A DNA stretch of 32,000 nucleotides, taken from positions 81,687 through 113,686 of the forward strand of contig JBAZMW010000005.1 of NCBI GenBank assembly GCA_041649575.1, given 5' to 3'. The first letter of the stretch is position 1. Every line of letters begins with the position of its first letter. Origin of the DNA: Patescibacteria group bacterium (GTDB lineage: Bacteria; Patescibacteriota; Patescibacteriia; 2-01-FULL-39-33). The translations under genes and the position numbers were made by a program. Positions 28,395 to 32,000 of the stretch are shown here, piece after piece. The notes under the pieces were generated by a model. That model was not told the DNA's origin. It worked only from the letters and a program-made list of their open reading frames with translations, and made no database searches.

Positions 28395-29459
28395 ATGCCC
28401 AAGAAGACCGCGGAAGGAGGAGAAATTTCTGAAAAATTACAAGCCGTAGAATCGGCAATTAGCCAGATAAAAGATCGTTTTGGCGATGGTTCGATTATGA
28501 AGTTTGGTGAAGCCAGAATAATGCAGGTGGACGCGGTTTCTACTGGCTGCCTGTCGCTGGACATTGCTTTAGGCGTGGGCGGTGTGCCTCGCGGCAGAAT
28601 CGTGGAGATTTTTGGTCCGGAGGCGTCCGGCAAAACCACCTTGGCCCAACACATTGTGGCCGAAGTACAAAAAATGGGAGGCATCGCGGCTTTTGTCGAT
28701 GCCGAACACGCGCTTGACCCGGATTACGCCAAAAAGATCGGTGTCAAAGTGGACGAGCTGCTGATTTCCCAGCCGGATACCGGCGAGCAGGCTCTGGAAA
28801 TAGTGGAGACTCTGGTGCGTTCCAATGCGGTGGACGTGGTGGTGGTAGACAGTGTGGCGGCTTTGGTGCCTAAGGCGGAAATCGAAGGGGATATGGGCGA
28901 CCAGCACATGGGACTACAGGCCCGGCTGATGAGTCAGGCGCTAAGAAAGTTAACCGCCGCGATTTCCAAAAGCCGGACAGTTTTGATATTCATTAATCAG
29001 ACCAGGCAGAAGATCGGTGTTTTTTTTGGCAATCCCGAAACCACTACCGGCGGTATGGCACTCAAATTTTATTCCTCGGTAAGAATCGAAGTGCGGCGCA
29101 GCGCCCAGATCAAACAAGGCGAGAAACACATCGGCAATCGGGTGAAAGTCAAAATAGTCAAAAATAAAGTGGCGCCGCCATTTCAAACTTGCGAGTTTGA
29201 TATTATGTATAATGAGGGCATTTCTCTCTCGGGCGACCTCCTAGATATCGGGGTGGAAAAAGGAGTGATTAAAAAGTCTGGCAATTCCTATTCTTTCGGC
29301 GAAGAAAAATTAGGCAGCGGCAGGGAAAACGCCAAGTCTTATCTAAGAGTCAATCCCAAACTAATGAAGCTTATTAGACAAACGGTTTGGGAAGAAGTGG
29401 AGCAAGCCAAGAGCGAAGACAAAACAGCCGGTACTTCGGCGGTCTCCGAAAACGAATAA
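28395..29459 (+). CDS. recA: Recombinase RecA
   Basis: 354 aa. [117 protein letters not shown]. Confidence 0.98.
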   Translation: MPKKTAEGGEISEKLQAVESAISQIKDRFGDGSIMKFGEARIMQVDAVSTGCLSLDIALGVGGVPRGRIVEIFGPEASGKTTLAQHIVAEVQKMGGIAAFVDAEHALDPDYAKKIGVKVDELLISQPDTGEQALEIVETLVRSNAVDVVVVDSVAALVPKAEIEGDMGDQHMGLQARLMSQALRKLTAAISKSRTVLIFINQTRQKIGVFFGNPETTTGGMALKFYSSVRIEVRRSAQIKQGEKHIGNRVKVKIVKNKVAPPFQTCEFDIMYNEGISLSGDLLDIGVEKGVIKKSGNSYSFGEEKLGSGRENAKSYLRVNPKLMKLIRQTVWEEVEQAKSEDKTAGTSAVSENE

Positions 29460-29473
29460 ATTTGGAAATTACA

Positions 29474-29505
29474 AAAAGCCTCCCGATTATAGTCGGGAGG
29501 CTTTT
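29474..29505. terminator. Bidirectional terminator between convergent recA and efp
   Basis: AAAAGCCTCCCGA ttatag TCGGGAGGCTTTT: 13-bp perfect stem. Confidence 0.9.
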
Positions 29506-29517
29506 GAATATAATTTT

Positions 29518-30081
29518 TTAAACCCTTTCCACATACTGGCCGGTTTCAGTGTTGATTCTGACAACGTCGCCTTCCTTGATAAAAAGCGGCACCTGAACGC
29601 TAAGGCCGGTTTCCAGTTCGGCGGTTTTGGTCACTCTTCCTTGAGCGCTGTTGCCTTTGACGCCCTCGGGAGCGGAGACAACTTTCAGCTCCACCTTAGG
29701 CAACAGGGAGACGGAGACCGGGTTACCGTTAAAATACAAGGCATCCACTTTATCGCCTTCTTTGAGATAATTGGTCTGATCGCCCAAAGAATCCTGGCTA
29801 ATGGAAAATTGGTCAAAGTCGTCTTGGGACATGAAAAAATAATTTTCTCCGTCATTATAAAGATAATCGGCTTTTTTGCGGGTCAGGTCGGCTTCTTCGA
29901 GGCGGTCGCCCGGATGGAAGTTGACTTCCGCCACCTTGCCATTGAGCAGATTTTTCAGCTTGGTCTGCATCACCGGTTTTCTTTGTTGCATCCGAACAAA
30001 GCGGGCTTCAACCACTACATAAGGCTCGTTTTCATAGAGGAGATTCAGCCCTTTTTTGATTTCATTCAAAGTTGACAGCAT
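29518..30081 (-). CDS. efp: Elongation factor P
   Basis: 187 aa. Three-domain EF-P: TLNEIKKGLNLLYENEPYVVVEARFVRMQQRKPVMQTKLKNLLNGKV...VELKVVSAPEGVKGNSAQGRVTKTAELETGLSVQVPLFIKEGDVVRINTETGQYVERV. Confidence 0.93.
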   Translation of the reverse strand: MLSTLNEIKKGLNLLYENEPYVVVEARFVRMQQRKPVMQTKLKNLLNGKVAEVNFHPGDRLEEADLTRKKADYLYNDGENYFFMSQDDFDQFSISQDSLGDQTNYLKEGDKVDALYFNGNPVSVSLLPKVELKVVSAPEGVKGNSAQGRVTKTAELETGLSVQVPLFIKEGDVVRINTETGQYVERV

Positions 30082-30126
30082 GATTTTGGTATCTAGTTTG
30101 TAGTCAGTAGCCGGTAGGTTAATGGT

Positions 30127-30363
30127 CTATTTTGTGACAAAAGGCAAAATAGCCATGATGCGAGCGCGCTTGATGGCTTCGGCCAGTTTTTGCTGGTGCT
30201 TATGACAAACGCCGCTTCTTTTGCGCGGTACGATTTTGGAATAAGAAGAAATAAAACGCCTCAAGGTTGATTGATCTTTATAATCAATATATTTTATGTT
30301 GTTGGCGCAGAAGAAACAATATTTGTCGATTTTATTGAGAGAAGTGGTTTTTTTCTTGTCCAT
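30127..30363 (-). CDS. rpsR: 30S ribosomal protein bS18
   Basis: 78 aa. KYCFFCANNIKYIDYKDQSTLRRFISSYSKIVPRKRSGVCHKHQQKLAEAIKRARIMAILPF. Cysteine-containing (CxxC...CxxH) form. Confidence 0.95.
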   Translation of the reverse strand: MDKKKTTSLNKIDKYCFFCANNIKYIDYKDQSTLRRFISSYSKIVPRKRSGVCHKHQQKLAEAIKRARIMAILPFVTK

Positions 30364-30369
30364 AAGATA

Positions 30370-30819
30370 TTAAAATGGTATGTCTTCAATTTTTATTTCT
30401 TCTTCGGTGTCGGCCGACGGAGCGCTGACCCGGGGCGCGGTGTTGGCGCTGGAGCTGTAGCCACCGGCAGGAGCTTCGCTGCTGGCGCCGCCCAGGCGCG
30501 GTCCGAGCTGAATATTCTCGGCAATAATTTCTGTTTTCCAGTGGCGGTTGCCGCTCTGGTCGTCCCAGCTTCTGGTTTGCAGGCGTCCTTCCACCATACA
30601 CAAGCGGCCTTTGGCCAAATATTGGCCGACAATTTCCGCCAATCGTCCCCAGGCGACGACGTTATGAAACTCCGCTTGTTCCTGGCGCTGGCCGCTTTTA
30701 TCGGTCCAGACGCGGTTGGTGGCGACGGTGAAGGAGGACACGGATTGTCCGCCGGGAGTATTCCTCACTTCCGGGTCTTGGGTGAGGTTACCGATGATAA
30801 TCGCTTTGTTGAGATTCAT
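30370..30819 (-). CDS. ssb: Single-stranded DNA-binding protein
   Basis: 149 aa. MNLNKAIIIGNLTQDPEVRNTPGGQSVSSFTVATNRVW...VVAWGRLAEIVGQYLAKGRLCMVEGRLQTRSW, and acidic C-terminal tail EEIKIEDIPF. Confidence 0.96.
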   Translation of the reverse strand: MNLNKAIIIGNLTQDPEVRNTPGGQSVSSFTVATNRVWTDKSGQRQEQAEFHNVVAWGRLAEIVGQYLAKGRLCMVEGRLQTRSWDDQSGNRHWKTEIIAENIQLGPRLGGASSEAPAGGYSSSANTAPRVSAPSADTEEEIKIEDIPF

Positions 30820-30855
30820 ACAGCTTGTTGTTAATTTTTAATTAGCCCGAGTTAA

Positions 30856-31329
30856 TTATAAAATATTATCGTCTTTGAGCATTTCATCAAGCTTTTCGTC
30901 CAGGTTTTCGATGCTGATTTTTTTGCTTTTGGCGTCATCCTTGTCTTTGGGCGCTTTTTCTTTGATAACTTCGTCTTTATTTAGCGGAGCGTTTATTCGT
31001 GGCCGGCTTGATCTGGCCTTAGCCAGCTCCTCCCGGATGTTTTTGGGTCTAGTGATGATTTGCGCTCTTAAAATTTCTTTATCCAAATTCAAATCATTAA
31101 CAAGCCCCTTTAAGGCGCTGGCGTCTTCCATTTCGAATTCAGTGACCAGATAGTAGCCGTGCAAAGCTTTTTTGATCGGGTAGGCCAAGCGTTTTTTGCC
31201 AAAATTTTCATTATAACCAATCAGACCGCCGTATTTTTTTATTAAGCCGTCGACTTTGGTTTTGATTTTTTCTGCCTCATCGTCGGTGTATTGGTTGGAG
31301 ACGATGTAGAGCAATTCATAGTTGGTCAT
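30856..31329 (-). CDS. rpsF: 30S ribosomal protein bS6 with charged C-terminal extension
   Basis: MTNYELLYIVSNQYTDDEAEKIKTKVDGLIKKYGGLIGYNENFGKKRLAYPIKKALHGYYLVTEFEMED. Extension KARSSRPRINAPLNKDEVIKEKAPKDKDDAKSKK... ORF track start 31362; MTNYELLY at 31329 preferred. Confidence 0.93.
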   Translation of the reverse strand: MTNYELLYIVSNQYTDDEAEKIKTKVDGLIKKYGGLIGYNENFGKKRLAYPIKKALHGYYLVTEFEMEDASALKGLVNDLNLDKEILRAQIITRPKNIREELAKARSSRPRINAPLNKDEVIKEKAPKDKDDAKSKKISIENLDEKLDEMLKDDNIL

Positions 31330-31352
31330 AAGTTGTTGGTGTTTTTTAAAAA

Positions 31353-31428
31353 TCCCAGGCAAACCCGGGAGTCAGACAGGCGTGCCTTTTCCCAGCTTAG
31401 GTTTTCGCCAATTGGCGTACCGCCGGGA
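31353..31428 (-). promoter_or_regulatory. Structured leader of rpsF-ssb-rpsR operon (two hairpins, second terminator-like)
   Basis: Minus strand HP1 (31428-31390): UCCCGGC GGU a CGCC aauu GGCG aaa ACC uaa GCUGGGA. HP2 (31370-31353): UCCCGGG uuug CCUGGGA (one G-U), followed by UUUUU. Confidence 0.55.
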
Positions 31429-31475
31429 TAATGCCCAAAAGGGCGGGGAAAGACAATGTTTGAATTGTTATCATT

Positions 31476-31503
31476 AGTTTAGCACAAAAAATATAAAAGT
31501 CAA
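31476..31503 (-). promoter_or_regulatory. Promoter of rpsF operon
   Basis: Minus strand TTGACT - 16 nt - TAAACT. Confidence 0.5.
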
Positions 31504-31505
31504 GG

Positions 31506-31534
31506 TTGACATAAAAAAATATAGTTAGTATGAT
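31506..31534 (+). promoter_or_regulatory. Strong promoter-like element, plus strand
   Basis: TTGACA - 17 nt - TATGAT. Confidence 0.65.
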
Positions 31535-31560
31535 TAAATATCAAAGTTCTTTAAATAACA

Positions 31561-31683
31561 ATGGTTTTGGTTTGGCCACGGCGAAAAGTGTCTAAAACAG
31601 GCGTTTTTCGCTGTGGCAAAGCTAGTCAGGGCCAAGCCGAAAAGTCCAAGCAGGGACAACAGCTAAAAAAAGCGGTCAGCTAA
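31561..31683 (+). other. Possible 40-aa leader ORF or part of a structured leader RNA
   Basis: ATG...TAA, 40 aa: MVLVWPRRKVSKTGVFRCGKASQGQAEKSKQGQQLKKAVS. No clear SD; overlaps the long hairpin at 31575-31617. Confidence 0.25.
31575..31617 (+). promoter_or_regulatory. Long leader hairpin
   Basis: GCCACGGCGAAAA (31575-31587) pairs with TTTTCGCTGTGGC (31605-31617): 13 bp with one G-U, 17-nt loop. Confidence 0.65.
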
Positions 31684-31707
31684 GGCGGCCGCGCGGAGGA
31701 ACAGAAC

Positions 31708-32000
31708 ATGAATAAGGGTTCGGATTTCAGCCCGGGATTACGAGCGAAGTTTGTGAAGGCGTTTGCGGCGGCGGGAGGTACGCCGATGATATTGAATGCC
31801 TTGGCGGAAGGTGATGTGTTGCTTCGAAACATCATCTTGGTTTGGCAAGGCACTCACGTCATCGTACCCGTCAATATGGTTAACAATTTCACCCTCGACA
31901 TCGACCACTCGTTCACCCGTGAGCAGTTGCGCGAGGCCATCGCCTGCGACTGGGTTGACGGCGACTTCACCGAAGCCAACGTCCCCCTGCCCACCGAAGA
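31708..32000 (+). CDS. Hypothetical protein, 3' truncated by window edge
   Basis: Open to the window end; MNKGSDFSPGLRAKFVKAFAAAGGTPMILNALAEGDVLLRNIILVWQGTHVIVPVNMVNNFTLDIDHSFTREQLREAIACDWVDGDFTEANVPLPTE. GGAGG 8 nt upstream of the ATG. Absent from the ORF track because it is unterminated. Confidence 0.6.
   Translation, partial: MNKGSDFSPGLRAKFVKAFAAAGGTPMILNALAEGDVLLRNIILVWQGTHVIVPVNMVNNFTLDIDHSFTREQLREAIACDWVDGDFTEANVPLPTE

Noticed and set aside
29641-30834. Plus-strand ORFs 29641-30075 and 30271-30834 opposite efp/rpsR/ssb
   Set aside because: The minus-strand genes are unambiguous. The plus-strand translations have no family signature.
31685-31692. NotI site GCGGCCGC near the right edge as possible vector/linker sequence
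   Set aside because: It is a single 8-mer in locally GC-rich DNA between a plausible promoter/leader and an SD-led ORF. No recognisable vector or adapter sequence adjoins it.

Overview
The window looks like a chromosomal segment of a Patescibacteria/CPR-type bacterium. That lineage call is an inference from gene style and protein architecture; no search was run. Housekeeping genes cover most of it: ileS 3' end, ruvA, typA/bipA, a DedA-family gene, a Mur-ligase gene, rpoB-rpoC, an ftsK/spoIIIE translocase, a RodZ-like HTH gene, recA, and the minus-strand block rpsF-ssb-rpsR-efp. The accessory part (13.3-25.1 kb) consists of two cell-surface cassettes. Each begins with a small excisionase-type HTH gene. 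Cassette 1 encodes three exported or membrane proteins. Cassette 2 encodes a 2046-aa repeat fibre-like protein with an internal Peptidase_S74-like chaperone domain. The most noteworthy non-annotated signals are: (1) a self-contained minus-strand small-protein unit at 725-976; (2) a two-hairpin attenuator-like leader in front of rpsF; (3) duplicated promoter/operator-like boxes plus a 10-codon leader ORF and terminator-like hairpin before the second HTH gene; (4) back-to-back promoters and a long hairpin leader before an unlisted truncated ORF at the right edge; (5) a non-canonical EF-P loop and a Mur ligase lacking the usual N-domain and DNPR motif. No CRISPR array, tRNA, rRNA or transposase was recognised.
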